From Acidobacterium sp. (GTDB taxonomy: Bacteria; Acidobacteriota; Terriglobia; Terriglobales; Acidobacteriaceae): a stretch of 53,505 bases of DNA. Positions 35,544 to 45,490 of the stretch are shown here, one piece after another; the stretch's first letter is position 1; each line of letters opens with the position of its first letter. Both the position numbers and the translations under genes were made by a program. The stretch lies in NCBI GenBank assembly GCA_003167515.1, contig PMSS01000484.1, positions 12,780-66,284 on the forward strand, given 5' to 3'. The notes beneath the pieces are model-generated. The model saw nothing but the letters and a program-made list of their open reading frames with translations, had not been told where the DNA came from and made no database searches.

Positions 35544-36596
35544 ATGAAAGTTCTGCTCACAGGTCATAAGGGCTACATCGGCGCCGTTGCAGGCCCAATT
35601 CTGCAGTCGGCTGGTCATGAAGTGGTCGGCCTCGATACCGATCTTTTCGCAGGATGCGATTTCGGTAAGGGACCTCAGCCGATTCCGGAAATTCGCAGAG
35701 ATCTCCGCGAGATCTCAAAGGCGGATCTGCAGGGTTTCGATGCGGTCGTGCATCTGGCTGCTCTTTCGAACGATCCGCTGGGCAATCTCGATGCGCACCT
35801 TACCTACGACATTAATCATCACGCATCCGTGACGCTGGCAAAGCTCGCGAAAGAAGCGGGCGTGACTCGCTTCGTGTTTGCGTCTTCCTGCAGCACCTAC
35901 GGTTCTGCCGGCGACGACTTCCTGACGGAAACGGCGTCGCTCCACCCGGTGACGGCCTATGGCGAATCAAAGGTTTTCGTCGAGCAGGCCCTTGGCCTTC
36001 TGGCCACCGACAACTTCAGCCCAACCTCGATGAGAAACGCAACCGCCTATGGAGTGTCCCCGCGGCAGCGCCTGGACATTGTGTTGAACGATCTGGTGGC
36101 TTCCGCTTTCACCAGCGGCCGCGTTTTCATCAAGAGTGACGGTACTCCCTGGCGCCCGATCGTCCACATCCGGGATATCATCGCAGCCGCGGTCGCGGTC
36201 CTCGATGCCCCCCGGGAAGCCATTCACAACGAAGTCTTCAATGTAGGCCGCAATGAAGAAAACTTCCGCATCCGGGAACTCGCCGATATCGTTGCCGAAG
36301 TCGTTCCTGGCTGCCGTATTGAATACGCTTTAGGGGGAGGCCCGGACCTTCGCTGCTATCGCGTCAACTTCGATAAGATCAACCGCGTGCTTCCCGCATT
36401 CCGGCCGCAATGGACCGCGCGCAAGGGCGCGCAGGAGCTGTTCGCCGCCTATCGCAGTGCAGGGCTGACCGGTGCCGATGTCGAGCAGGGGCGCTACATC
36501 CGGCTCAGCGAGATTCGCAGATTGCAGCAGGCCGGCCGGCTGAACAACGTACTCCATTGGACCGGCAAGCATGCCGAAACCGCCGTCGGCGTATGA
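35544..36596 (+). CDS. NAD-dependent epimerase/dehydratase family protein (extended SDR)
   Basis: MKVLLTGHKGYIGAV Rossmann motif, ASSCSTYG and catalytic YGESK. AGGGAG lies 5 nt upstream of ATG 35544. The exact activity (4-ketoreductase, epimerase or dehydratase) cannot be called by eye. Confidence 0.8.
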   Translation: MKVLLTGHKGYIGAVAGPILQSAGHEVVGLDTDLFAGCDFGKGPQPIPEIRRDLREISKADLQGFDAVVHLAALSNDPLGNLDAHLTYDINHHASVTLAKLAKEAGVTRFVFASSCSTYGSAGDDFLTETASLHPVTAYGESKVFVEQALGLLATDNFSPTSMRNATAYGVSPRQRLDIVLNDLVASAFTSGRVFIKSDGTPWRPIVHIRDIIAAAVAVLDAPREAIHNEVFNVGRNEENFRIRELADIVAEVVPGCRIEYALGGGPDLRCYRVNFDKINRVLPAFRPQWTARKGAQELFAAYRSAGLTGADVEQGRYIRLSEIRRLQQAGRLNNVLHWTGKHAETAVGV

Positions 36597-36615
36597 AAAG
36601 GAGTTGGAACCGGAA

Positions 36616-37902
36616 ATGACTACGACCTCAGTTCTTCAGGAAGTTGATGTGCAGAAAGCGTCCGGCGTGTGTCACTTTTGCGGCGCCGGCATCGAGCAGA
36701 CGTTCGTCGATCTGGGAATGTCGCCATTGTGCGAGAGCTATCTTTCGTCCGCCGATCTGAATCGCGGCGAAACCTTTTACCCTCTCCATGTATACGTGTG
36801 CGGGAAGTGTTTCCTGGTCCAGCTGGAAGAATACGAAAGCGCCGAAAATATCTTCAGCGACTACGCCTATTTTTCCTCGTTTTCGGACTCATGGCTGAAG
36901 CATGCCGATACGTACTGCGGCAACATGAAGTCGCGCTTCGGCCTCGACGAGAAAAGCTTTGTCGTCGAAGTGGCAAGCAACGACGGCTATCTCCTGCAAT
37001 ATTTTGTTCAGCGGAATGTTCCCGTGCTCGGCATCGAGCCCGCCGCCAATGTAGCCAAAGTGGCTGTCGAGAAGGGTGTTCCTACCCTGGTTCGGTTCTT
37101 TGGCACGGAACTGGCAAGCGAGCTGGCGGAGCAGGGTCGAAGCGCGGATCTGGTGCTTGGCAACAACGTCCTGGCGCAGGTACCCAACCTGAATGACTTT
37201 GTCGAAGGCCTGAAGATACTGTTGAAGCCAGAAGGCGTTCTCACCCTCGAATTTCCTCACCTGCTGAAGCTGATCGAGCATAACGAATTCGACACCATCT
37301 ACCATGAGCACTTCTCCTATTTTTCCCTGTTCACGACGGTGAAGATCATGGAGGCACATGGTCTGAAGGTGTTCGATGTCGAAGAGCTTGCGTCACACGG
37401 GGGCTCGCTCCGCGTTTTTATGTGCCGGAAAGAGGCGAAGACGCATCCGGTTGAGCCGAATGTGGCGAAAGTAATTGCCGACGAGAAGGCAGCCGGCCTA
37501 TGCGATCTCAGGGGCTATACGACGTTTGCCCGCCAGGTGAAGGAAACCAAGCTGGCGCTGCTCGAGGTGCTGATTGCCGCCGCGCGTGAAGGTAAAAGGG
37601 TGGCAGCGTACGGCGCGCCCGGGAAGAGCGCAACGCTGCTGAATTATTGCGGTATCGGCAAGGACTACATCGAATTTACGGTGGACCGCAGCCCCTACAA
37701 GCAGGGTCGGTTCTTACCCGGCACTCACATTCCGATTTATCACCCGGACCGCATCCGCGAGATGAAGCCGGATTACGTGGTGATCTTGCCCTGGAATCTG
37801 CAAAGTGAAATCATGAAACAACTGCAGTACATCGGCGAGTGGGGCGGCCAGTTTATCGTGCCTATACCCAAGGCAGTTATTCTCCCCGCGGAGAGGAGCT
37901 AG
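36616..37902 (+). CDS. SAM-dependent NDP-hexose C-methyltransferase (TylCIII-like; Zn-ribbon + class I MTase + C-methyltransferase C-terminal domain)
   Basis: N-terminal Cys4 ribbon (CHFCG...CGKC), then FSDYAYFSSFSDSW, the SAM motif VVEVASNDGYLL, HEHFSYFS, and C-terminal GAPGKSATLLNY...DRSPYKQGRFLPGTHIPI. AAAAGGAG precedes ATG 36616. Confidence 0.85.
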   Translation: MTTTSVLQEVDVQKASGVCHFCGAGIEQTFVDLGMSPLCESYLSSADLNRGETFYPLHVYVCGKCFLVQLEEYESAENIFSDYAYFSSFSDSWLKHADTYCGNMKSRFGLDEKSFVVEVASNDGYLLQYFVQRNVPVLGIEPAANVAKVAVEKGVPTLVRFFGTELASELAEQGRSADLVLGNNVLAQVPNLNDFVEGLKILLKPEGVLTLEFPHLLKLIEHNEFDTIYHEHFSYFSLFTTVKIMEAHGLKVFDVEELASHGGSLRVFMCRKEAKTHPVEPNVAKVIADEKAAGLCDLRGYTTFARQVKETKLALLEVLIAAAREGKRVAAYGAPGKSATLLNYCGIGKDYIEFTVDRSPYKQGRFLPGTHIPIYHPDRIREMKPDYVVILPWNLQSEIMKQLQYIGEWGGQFIVPIPKAVILPAERS

Positions 37903-37909
37903 CCCGGCT

Positions 37910-38728
37910 ATGAAGGTAGTCTTATTTTGCGGCGGAGCCGGCATGCGGCTTCGTGGATACGCGGACGACGTTCCTAAACCGATGGTCACGATCGGCACCC
38001 GGCCGATCCTCTGGCACATCATGAAGTACTATGCGCATTTCGGGCATAAGGACTTCGTGCTCTGTCTGGGGTATAAGGGAAACGTCATCAAGGATTATTT
38101 CCTGCACTACGATGAATCTGTGTCGAACGATTTCGTGTGGTCTCGCGGAGGCCAGAATATTCATTACATCAACCGCGATATCGATGACTGGACGATCACG
38201 TTTGTGGAGACCGGCGCCACCTCCAACATCGGTCAGCGCCTGAAGGCCGTCGAGCCCTACGTGCAGGGCGAAGAGATGTTTCTCGCCAATTATGGAGATG
38301 GGCTGAGCGATGTTCCGTTGCCCGCTATGCTCGACGTATTCCGTGAGAGCAACGCTGTCGCTTCTTTGCTGCTGGTGCAGCCGACCTCGAGCTTTGACAT
38401 CGTTTACTCGGGTGCAGAGGGAATGGTGAAGGAAATCTGCCCACTGACCCGCAGCGATATCTGGATCAACGGCGGTTTCTTCGCTATGCGAGGCGAAATT
38501 TTCCGCTATATTCAGCCCGGCGAGGAACTGGTGCGGGAGCCGTTCCAGCGCCTGATTGAGAAGCGGGCTCTGCTGGCCCACAAATACAACGGATTCTGGC
38601 AGTGCATGGACACTTTCAAGGACAAACAGCATCTGGAAGAACTAAATCAAGGCTCGGCGCCGTGGAAAGTCTGGAATCATACACAGTCCACCGCCGACTG
38701 CTCGGTGCTGGCGTCTTCGCCCGTATGA
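37910..38728 (+). CDS. rfbF: glucose-1-phosphate cytidylyltransferase
   Basis: MKVVLFCGGAGMRLRGYADDVPKPMVTIGTRPILWHIMKYYAHFGHKDFVLCLGYKG...FWQCMDTFKD...APWKVW is the characteristic RfbF sequence pattern. Confidence 0.9.
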   Translation: MKVVLFCGGAGMRLRGYADDVPKPMVTIGTRPILWHIMKYYAHFGHKDFVLCLGYKGNVIKDYFLHYDESVSNDFVWSRGGQNIHYINRDIDDWTITFVETGATSNIGQRLKAVEPYVQGEEMFLANYGDGLSDVPLPAMLDVFRESNAVASLLLVQPTSSFDIVYSGAEGMVKEICPLTRSDIWINGGFFAMRGEIFRYIQPGEELVREPFQRLIEKRALLAHKYNGFWQCMDTFKDKQHLEELNQGSAPWKVWNHTQSTADCSVLASSPV

Positions 38729-39372
38729 TGCCCCTGCAGTTACAGACGAAAGGCGCTCGCCTGAAGGTTCTGTGCCTGGGAGCACACTCCGACGACATTG
38801 AGATTGGATGTGGTGGAGCGATCCTGCGCATTGCCGAGCAATACCCGGACTGCGAATTTCACTGGGTCGTCTTCAACGCGATCGGCCAGCGGGAGAGCGA
38901 AGCCCGGCGAGCGGCAGCGTTGTTTGCCGGTGCCCGTCTCAAAGGACCACTGCTGAAGACCTTTGAGGATGGGTTCATGCCCTTCGTGGGCAGCGAGGTG
39001 AAAGCCGTGTTTGAAAACGAGCTGAAGCAGCTTTCTCCCGACCTCGTGTTCACGCACAATGGCAACGATGCTCATCAGGACCACCGCCTGATTTGCCAAC
39101 TTACCTGGAATACCTTCCGAGAGCACTTCATTCTGGAGTATGAAATTCCAAAATACGATGGGGATATGGGCCGGCCGAGCGTCTTTGTGCCTCTCGAAAA
39201 AGAACTCTGCCAAAAGAAGGTGGATTATCTGATGGATGCCTTCCAGTCGCAACAGAAGAAGCGCTGGTTTCAGCCGGATACGTTCTTTTCCCTGATGCGA
39301 TTGCGGGGTATGGAGTGCGCTGCTCCCAGTGGTTATGCCGAGGCGTTTTACTGCCGTAAGTTGGTCATGTAG
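38725..39372 (+). CDS. PIG-L/LmbE-family de-N-acetylase
   Basis: VLCLGAHSDDIEIGCGG and HQDH metal/catalytic motifs. ATG 38725 overlaps the rfbF stop (ATGA). Confidence 0.8.
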   Translation: MMPLQLQTKGARLKVLCLGAHSDDIEIGCGGAILRIAEQYPDCEFHWVVFNAIGQRESEARRAAALFAGARLKGPLLKTFEDGFMPFVGSEVKAVFENELKQLSPDLVFTHNGNDAHQDHRLICQLTWNTFREHFILEYEIPKYDGDMGRPSVFVPLEKELCQKKVDYLMDAFQSQQKKRWFQPDTFFSLMRLRGMECAAPSGYAEAFYCRKLVM

Positions 39373-39416
39373 GTGCGGCAGAGGCGGCCGATACTACGCC
39401 GGCACCGTGGGGAGCG

Positions 39417-40880
39417 ATGGAACACCTGAAGGAAAAAACAATTCGGGGCGGTGTTGCGAGACTCTTTGCGCAGGGAACGAACTTCTTCCTGCGCATCGGA
39501 TCGCTCATGATCCTGGCGCGACTGCTGAGTCCGGCAGACTTCGGGTTAGTGGGTATGGTCATGGCTTTTACGGGAGCCCTGACTTTGTTTCGCGACTTCG
39601 GACTTTCGGCGGCAGCGGTTCAGCGAGCCAATGTGACCGAGGAGCAGCTCTCAACATTATTCTGGATCAACCTGTTTGTAGGCGTCGTTCTCGGGCTGCT
39701 GGCGATTGTATGTGCCCCGGCCATCGCCGCTTTTTATCACGAGCCGAGGCTGGTCGCAGTTACAGCCGTCCTGGCGCTGGCGTTCCTTTTCAACGCCGCG
39801 GGCGTGCAGCATTCGGCAATGCTGCAGCGGGAAATGCGATTTACGGCGCTGGCGGTCATCAACACGGTGGCACTGGCCATCGGAACCGCAATCGCGATCT
39901 GGGGCGCAAAAGCAGGCTATGGCTACTGGGCGCTCGTGGTGATGACAGTGGCGACCCCGTTCGTCAGCACCATCGGGTTCTGGCTGACGACGTGGTGGGT
40001 TCCGGGGCTGCCGCAGAGGCGGGCCGGCATCCGGTCGATGATGCATTTTGGCGGAACGGTCACGCTGAATGGCCTTGTAGTTTATATAGCCACTAACTTC
40101 GAGAAAGTTCTGCTGGGGAGGTTCTGGGGAGTTGACGTACTCGGAATGTACGGACGGGCCTATCAGCTGATTAACATTCCCACGGACAATCTGAACTTCG
40201 CTGCCGGTGAAGTGGCGTTTTCGGCCTTGTCGAGGCTGCAGCACGATCCAACACGACTCAAAAGCTACTTCCTCAAGGGTTACTCGGTCGTTGTGGCCAT
40301 GACGGTGCCGATTACCATCGCGTGCGCGCTCTTCGCGGACGATATCATCCGGGTTGCCCTCGGCCCGAAATGGGCTGGGGCGGTACCTATCTTCCGGTTG
40401 CTGTCTCCAACCATCCTGGTATTTGCCATCGCAAATCCGCTGGGCTGGCTTCTTTCCTCGCTGGGGCTCGTCGGACGCGGCCTGAAAATGAGCATGGTCA
40501 TTGCCCCGGCTATGATTGCCAGTTATCTGATCGCCGTTCCGCACGGCCCCCGTGCGGTTGCATCGGCCTACTCTGCTGTCATGCTGCTCTGGGTCATTCC
40601 AGTGATCGCATGGTCAGTACATGGCACAGTGATTGCGTTCGGCGATATTGTGCGGGCTGCGAGCCGGCCGCTGATCTCATGCCTGGTTGCCGCAGTTATC
40701 GCTTTCGGCGTGCGATCGGCATGCGGACCGTTGTTCTCCCCCCTGGGGCGGCTGACCCTCGAAACCACGACTTTGTTTGTTGCATTTGCCGGGCTGCTTT
40801 TGTTCGTCGCGGGGCAGAGGACACTTTATCTGGATATTCTTCGCGGCCTGCGGCGGCCTCGGGAAACAGCTGTCACGTAA
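39417..40880 (+). CDS. wzx: Wzx-type oligosaccharide flippase (MOP/PST superfamily)
   Basis: About 12-14 TM segments. The N-terminal pattern is GGVARLFAQGTNFFLRIGSLMILARLLSPADFGLVGMV...FRDFGLSAAAVQ, typical of polysaccharide-biosynthesis flippases. Confidence 0.8.
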   Translation: MEHLKEKTIRGGVARLFAQGTNFFLRIGSLMILARLLSPADFGLVGMVMAFTGALTLFRDFGLSAAAVQRANVTEEQLSTLFWINLFVGVVLGLLAIVCAPAIAAFYHEPRLVAVTAVLALAFLFNAAGVQHSAMLQREMRFTALAVINTVALAIGTAIAIWGAKAGYGYWALVVMTVATPFVSTIGFWLTTWWVPGLPQRRAGIRSMMHFGGTVTLNGLVVYIATNFEKVLLGRFWGVDVLGMYGRAYQLINIPTDNLNFAAGEVAFSALSRLQHDPTRLKSYFLKGYSVVVAMTVPITIACALFADDIIRVALGPKWAGAVPIFRLLSPTILVFAIANPLGWLLSSLGLVGRGLKMSMVIAPAMIASYLIAVPHGPRAVASAYSAVMLLWVIPVIAWSVHGTVIAFGDIVRAASRPLISCLVAAVIAFGVRSACGPLFSPLGRLTLETTTLFVAFAGLLLFVAGQRTLYLDILRGLRRPRETAVT

Positions 40881-40939
40881 CTGTGTGGGTTGGTAATGCA
40901 TAACCAGCCGAAAGACCAGGCGGAAGAGAGGATCGGGCT

Positions 40940-41866
40940 TTGACCACGAAGTCGGAAACAGGGGCACTCGAAAAGTATGTCGGCAGGCCATTTTTGTCGG
41001 TGAATGAGCGCGTGTGGAAGCGTCTGCCCAAATCGGCAGCGGCGACTGCGCCTTATCACGCGTATGGAACGTTTCTGCACTCTCTCGTATGCCAGTACTC
41101 GGACCGGAACCAGTATCACGGCACGTTCTTCCTTCGGAATCGTCCGGAGTTGCAGCTGTTGAGTAAGCTCGGGGCTGAGAAAGCGAAGGCGGGCGCGCTG
41201 GAGATCGCGGTGCTGGGCTGCAGCAATGGGGCCGAGGTTTATTCGATCGTATGGACCATTCGCAAGGAGCATCCGGACCTGAAGATCTCGGTGTATGCAG
41301 CGGATATTTCGCCCGACATTCTGGAGATTGCCAAGCGCGGCGTCTACTCGCTGAAGGCCAACGATCTGATGGATTCGGCGATTTTCGAACGTCTCTCCGA
41401 AGAAGAGATGCAGGCGATGTTCGATGTGCAGGATGGCCGCGTAACTGTCAAGCCCTGGATCAGGGAAGGTATCGACTTTCAGATTGCCGACGCCGGGGAT
41501 CCGAAGTTAGTCGATCGTGTAGGACAGTATCAGATCGTGGTGGCGAATCGGTTTCTGTGTCACATGGCTCCCCCTGACGCGGAAAGGTGTCTGCGCAATC
41601 TGGCGAGCCTCGTCGAACCCGGCGGCTATCTGTTCGTATCGGGGGTCGACCTGGACGTCCGCGCCAGAGTTGCGCTCGACCTTAAATGGGTCGTGGCGCC
41701 GGAAGCGATGGAAGAGATTCACGAGGGCGATCCTTCGGTAAGGGGCGATTGGCCCTGGCGGTGGTGGGGGTTGGAGCCGTTCACGCGAACCAGGCGCGAC
41801 TGGGGAATCCGTTACGCGTCGGTTTTCAGAATCGGCTCTGCGGACGTACCGGCATTACAGCTATGA
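40940..41866 (+). CDS. CheR-type SAM-dependent methyltransferase
   Basis: LEIAVLGCSNGAEVYSIVWTI...ISVYAADISPDILEIAKRGVYS...IDFQIAD...YQIVVANRFLCHM...LVEPGGYLFVSG parallels the CheR core (RIWSAGCSTGEEPYS...ATDI....A..G.Y...V.F...NL....FD.I.CRNV.IY....L.PGG.L..G). TTG start; no in-frame ATG exists. Confidence 0.7.
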   Translation: MTTKSETGALEKYVGRPFLSVNERVWKRLPKSAAATAPYHAYGTFLHSLVCQYSDRNQYHGTFFLRNRPELQLLSKLGAEKAKAGALEIAVLGCSNGAEVYSIVWTIRKEHPDLKISVYAADISPDILEIAKRGVYSLKANDLMDSAIFERLSEEEMQAMFDVQDGRVTVKPWIREGIDFQIADAGDPKLVDRVGQYQIVVANRFLCHMAPPDAERCLRNLASLVEPGGYLFVSGVDLDVRARVALDLKWVVAPEAMEEIHEGDPSVRGDWPWRWWGLEPFTRTRRDWGIRYASVFRIGSADVPALQL

Positions 41867-43209
41867 AAATAGGCTTGCTCGATCACATGGGATATGGGAA
41901 CCTCGGCGACGCCGCCACGCAGGAGGCTCTGATGGCGAACATCCGGAGCCGTCTGCCGGACGCCGATATCATTGGTTTCTCGCTGAATCCCGTCGATACC
42001 ACGAAGCGTCACGGAATTACGTCTTACTCGATCACTTACTGGCATCCTGGCCTGAGCGATTCTTCGCAGACAGACTCGGGTGGGGCTGATTCGAACCGGG
42101 CCAGTTTACGGGCCCGACTGAAATCGATTGCCAAAAATATTCCCGTCGTATCGCGCGTGGCGAGACGCCTGTTGCATACGGGCAGGGAAGCAGCGCATCT
42201 GGCACGGTCATGGAGGCGCCTCCGCTCTCTGGACACTCTGATCATCGCGGGTGGTGGCCAGCTGAGCGAGTTATGGGGTGGTCCCTGGTCGCACCCTTAC
42301 AATGTGTTCAAATTTTCGTTCCTTACAAAGCTCGCTGAGAGAAAGCTGGTCTTTCTGAACGTGGGGGCGGGTCCGCTGAAGAGCGGTCTGAGCAGATCCT
42401 TCGTGAGCTGGTCGATCCAAATGGCGGACTATGTTTCCTTCCGCGACGTCGAGTCGCAGAAGCTGGCCTGCGGCTCAGTCGTGAAGCGGGACACACATGT
42501 ATTTCCGGATTCCGCCTACGCACTGGATGTTTCGGGTTATGGCCCTGGCCCTCGCCTCAGCTCCGCGAAGCCGGTGGTTGGCCTCAATCCCATCGGCTTT
42601 TGCGACCCCAGGATCTGGCCGACAAAAGACGCAGCTGTTTATGACGGATATATTGAGAAGCTGGCTGATTTCTCGCTGTGGCTGCTGAATAACAATTACG
42701 AGCCGCGACTGTATTCAGCGGAAGCAAGTGTCGATATCTACGCCCTTGAAGATCTCAGGCAACGATTAAAAAACAGGCTGTCTGCCACTGACGTCGAAAG
42801 AATGTGTATTCCGTCAGGCGGAACGGTATCCGATCTGATGGCGGAAATGTCGGAGTTTGATTATGTCGTAACATCGAAGTTTCACGGAGTGGTCTTTTCC
42901 CACCTCTTGGCCAAACCAGTCATCGCTCTCAGCTATCACCCCAAGATCGACGACCTGATGCGGAACGTGGGGCACAGTGAATACTGCCTCGACATAGCGA
43001 CCTTTGACAACCGATCTCTTGAGGACGCCTTCCCGGCGCTGGTGAAGGATGCTGAGCAGCTGAAGGCGAGATTTCGCAGGACCGCGGCATCGTATTCCGA
43101 AACGCTGAAAACGCAGTTCGATGGTCTGTTTGCGGCCGGAACGCCGCAACTGCACTCGCGGACTCCGGAAAGAGAACGGAACGAAGCCGTTGCCGACGGG
43201 TCGGCATAA
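41863..43209 (+). CDS. polysaccharide pyruvyl transferase family protein (CsaB/WcaK-like)
   Basis: MKIGLLDHMGYGNLGDAATQEAL...LIIAGGGQLSELWGG...LNVGAGP...VSFRDVES...VVTSKFHGVVFSHLLAKPVIALSYHPK. ATG 41863 overlaps the upstream stop (ATGA). Confidence 0.8.
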   Translation: MKIGLLDHMGYGNLGDAATQEALMANIRSRLPDADIIGFSLNPVDTTKRHGITSYSITYWHPGLSDSSQTDSGGADSNRASLRARLKSIAKNIPVVSRVARRLLHTGREAAHLARSWRRLRSLDTLIIAGGGQLSELWGGPWSHPYNVFKFSFLTKLAERKLVFLNVGAGPLKSGLSRSFVSWSIQMADYVSFRDVESQKLACGSVVKRDTHVFPDSAYALDVSGYGPGPRLSSAKPVVGLNPIGFCDPRIWPTKDAAVYDGYIEKLADFSLWLLNNNYEPRLYSAEASVDIYALEDLRQRLKNRLSATDVERMCIPSGGTVSDLMAEMSEFDYVVTSKFHGVVFSHLLAKPVIALSYHPKIDDLMRNVGHSEYCLDIATFDNRSLEDAFPALVKDAEQLKARFRRTAASYSETLKTQFDGLFAAGTPQLHSRTPERERNEAVADGSA

Positions 43210-43261
43210 CCGCGTTACCCGTATCGACAACCGGTTCACGCCTGAGAAGAGGCAAATCAAG

Positions 43262-44272
43262 ATGGTAAGGCAACCATTAGTCAGCGTCGTAACGCCGGTC
43301 TACAACGAAGCGGGCTATCTCGGCGAATGTATCGAAAGCGTTCTCGCTCAGACGCACACGAACTGGGATTACACCATCATCGATAACTGCAGTACGGATG
43401 GGTCGGGGGAGCTGGCCCAGCGGTATGCGGCAAAGGACCCGCGGATTCGCGTGCACCGAAACACCGAGTTCCTGAGCGTTATCGCGAACCACAATGTAGC
43501 GCTGCGACAGATTTCCCCTGAAAGCAAATATTGCAAGATGGTCCTTGGAGACGATCTGATCTATCCCGGATGTCTCGAGAAAATGGTTGGACTCGCGGAG
43601 GCGCACCCGTCGGTCGGGATGGTTGGCGCCTATGCACAGGAGGGGGAGCGGATCGCGTGGACGGGATTGCCGCGCGAGGAATCGGTGGTGTCGGGCCGGG
43701 AAATCTGCCGGCGGCACCTTCTGGAAGGGCTCCATATATTCGGGTCAGCGAACGCTGTGCTGTATCGGGCGGACCTGGTGAGGAGCCGCGACCCCTTCTA
43801 TAGCGAGACCAACATTCATGCGGATACGGAAGTGTCCTTTGCTCTTCTGAAGACGAGCGATTTTGGCTTCGTGCATGAGGTCCTCACATTCAGCCGGGTC
43901 CGGCAGGCATCGCTGAGCACGGTTTCGAGAGGTCTGCACACGTACTTCGGAGGCACGCTGCACGTGCTGCTTGGCTATGGGCCGGATTATCTGACGAAGG
44001 AAGAGTGCAAAACGCAGTTAACCACACACTTAACGGAGTATTACAGGTTCCTGGGCAAGAGCTTGATCCAGCGGCGCGAGCCGAAGTTTTGGGAGTACCA
44101 CAAACGTCAGCTGGAGCTCGCAGGGCTCGGGTTTAGCCGGCTGCGGGTCGCGACCGGGGCCGTGGCGGCCCTGCGCCAGGCGGCAGGAAAGAGGCTATGG
44201 AAAGGCAGAATGGCCGGCCGATCAAAAGATTCCGGAAGCAGGATCGGTGGGCCTGTAACCAAAGATTGCTAG
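43262..44272 (+). CDS. glycosyltransferase, GT2 family
   Basis: VSVVTPVYNEAGYLGECIESVLAQTHTNWDYTIIDNCSTDGS...VLGDDLIYP (DxD). Confidence 0.85.
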   Translation: MVRQPLVSVVTPVYNEAGYLGECIESVLAQTHTNWDYTIIDNCSTDGSGELAQRYAAKDPRIRVHRNTEFLSVIANHNVALRQISPESKYCKMVLGDDLIYPGCLEKMVGLAEAHPSVGMVGAYAQEGERIAWTGLPREESVVSGREICRRHLLEGLHIFGSANAVLYRADLVRSRDPFYSETNIHADTEVSFALLKTSDFGFVHEVLTFSRVRQASLSTVSRGLHTYFGGTLHVLLGYGPDYLTKEECKTQLTTHLTEYYRFLGKSLIQRREPKFWEYHKRQLELAGLGFSRLRVATGAVAALRQAAGKRLWKGRMAGRSKDSGSRIGGPVTKDC

Positions 44273-44386
44273 GGGTTGTTCAGGAGCGGTTTGAGCACGC
44301 ATTGGCGGTCGCGCTGGGGTAATTGTTGCCGGGTCGCGGATCGTGGGCTTTAAGTTTCATCGATGTGCCGCGGCGGAGGCCAGGAC

Positions 44387-45355
44387 GTGAAGGCGATAGA
44401 GTTGGACGAGAGGTTAGTCGGAAGAACGGTTCTTGTAACGGGGGCGAGTGGCTTCATCGGGTCGCATCTTTGCAATCGTTTGATCGCCAGCGGTGCTCGG
44501 CTACACGGGATATCGCGGACTCGGCGGGAGTCGGAGGGCGAGCAGCTGCGATGGTGGCAGGCGGACCTGAAAGACGCGGACGCAGTGCGGCAGCTGGTCG
44601 CAGCTCTGCAGCCTCAGATCGTGTTTCATCTGGCCAGTTACGTCATGGGGGCGCGGGAGCTGGGGGTGGTGCTTCAGACTTTTAATGACAACCTTACCAG
44701 CACCGTTCACCTGTTAACCGCGGCTGCCGAGACGGGATGCCGGCGGGTTGTGCTGGCCAGCTCTTCGGAAGAGCCACTGAACCCCGGGGGCGGTGGTTTT
44801 CCGTGCTCTCCCTACGCGGCAGCCAAGTGGGCGAGCAGCATGTACGGCCGGATGTTTCATGAATTGTTTGGCCTCCCTGTGGTTATGCCTCGAATCTTTA
44901 TGACTTATGGGCCAGACCAGAGGGACTTACAGAAGTTAGTGCCGTTCGTGGTTCGTCATTTACTGCGCGGGGAAGCCCCGAAGCTCAGCAGCGGTCTGAG
45001 ACGGGCAGACTGGATTTATGTAGACGATGTCGTTGAGGGTCTGCTGAGGGCGGCGGTTTACCCGGGGATCGAAGGCTCCTCTTTCGATCTGGGTACGGGC
45101 AGGTTGGCCTCCGTGCGCGAGATTGTGGAACAGATCGTCGAGATCATGGATAGTCCGGTCAAGCCGGCGTTTGGCGCTTTACAGGATCGACCCTTTGAGC
45201 AGGAGCGGCCGGCGGATACGACATTTCTAGCCGAAAAGCTTGCGTACGAGCCCAGAACCGGTCTCAGGCAGGGGCTTGAGGAGACTGTTGAGTGGTATTG
45301 CCGCCAGTTGAGTCCGGCTCTGACGACTACTGCGGCAGACGCTGGGAATTCTTAA
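44387..45355 (+). CDS. NAD-dependent epimerase/dehydratase family protein (extended SDR)
   Basis: VLVTGASGFIGSHLCNRL, ASSSEE and YAAAKW (YxxxK). The GTG at 44387 has GGAGG 10 nt upstream. The track ATG 44363 is also possible. Confidence 0.8.
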   Translation: MKAIELDERLVGRTVLVTGASGFIGSHLCNRLIASGARLHGISRTRRESEGEQLRWWQADLKDADAVRQLVAALQPQIVFHLASYVMGARELGVVLQTFNDNLTSTVHLLTAAAETGCRRVVLASSSEEPLNPGGGGFPCSPYAAAKWASSMYGRMFHELFGLPVVMPRIFMTYGPDQRDLQKLVPFVVRHLLRGEAPKLSSGLRRADWIYVDDVVEGLLRAAVYPGIEGSSFDLGTGRLASVREIVEQIVEIMDSPVKPAFGALQDRPFEQERPADTTFLAEKLAYEPRTGLRQGLEETVEWYCRQLSPALTTTAADAGNS

Positions 45356-45490
45356 GTCAATTGGCGATCACTGTGTCGCGATCGCGACTGAATGGTGTGG
45401 ACGATCGCATCTTCATCGTTGTCAGGCGAGGGCGTGAGCGTCACTGTTCAGAGAGATTCTCAGGTGGTTGGGTTCCGGAGATTAAATTCT

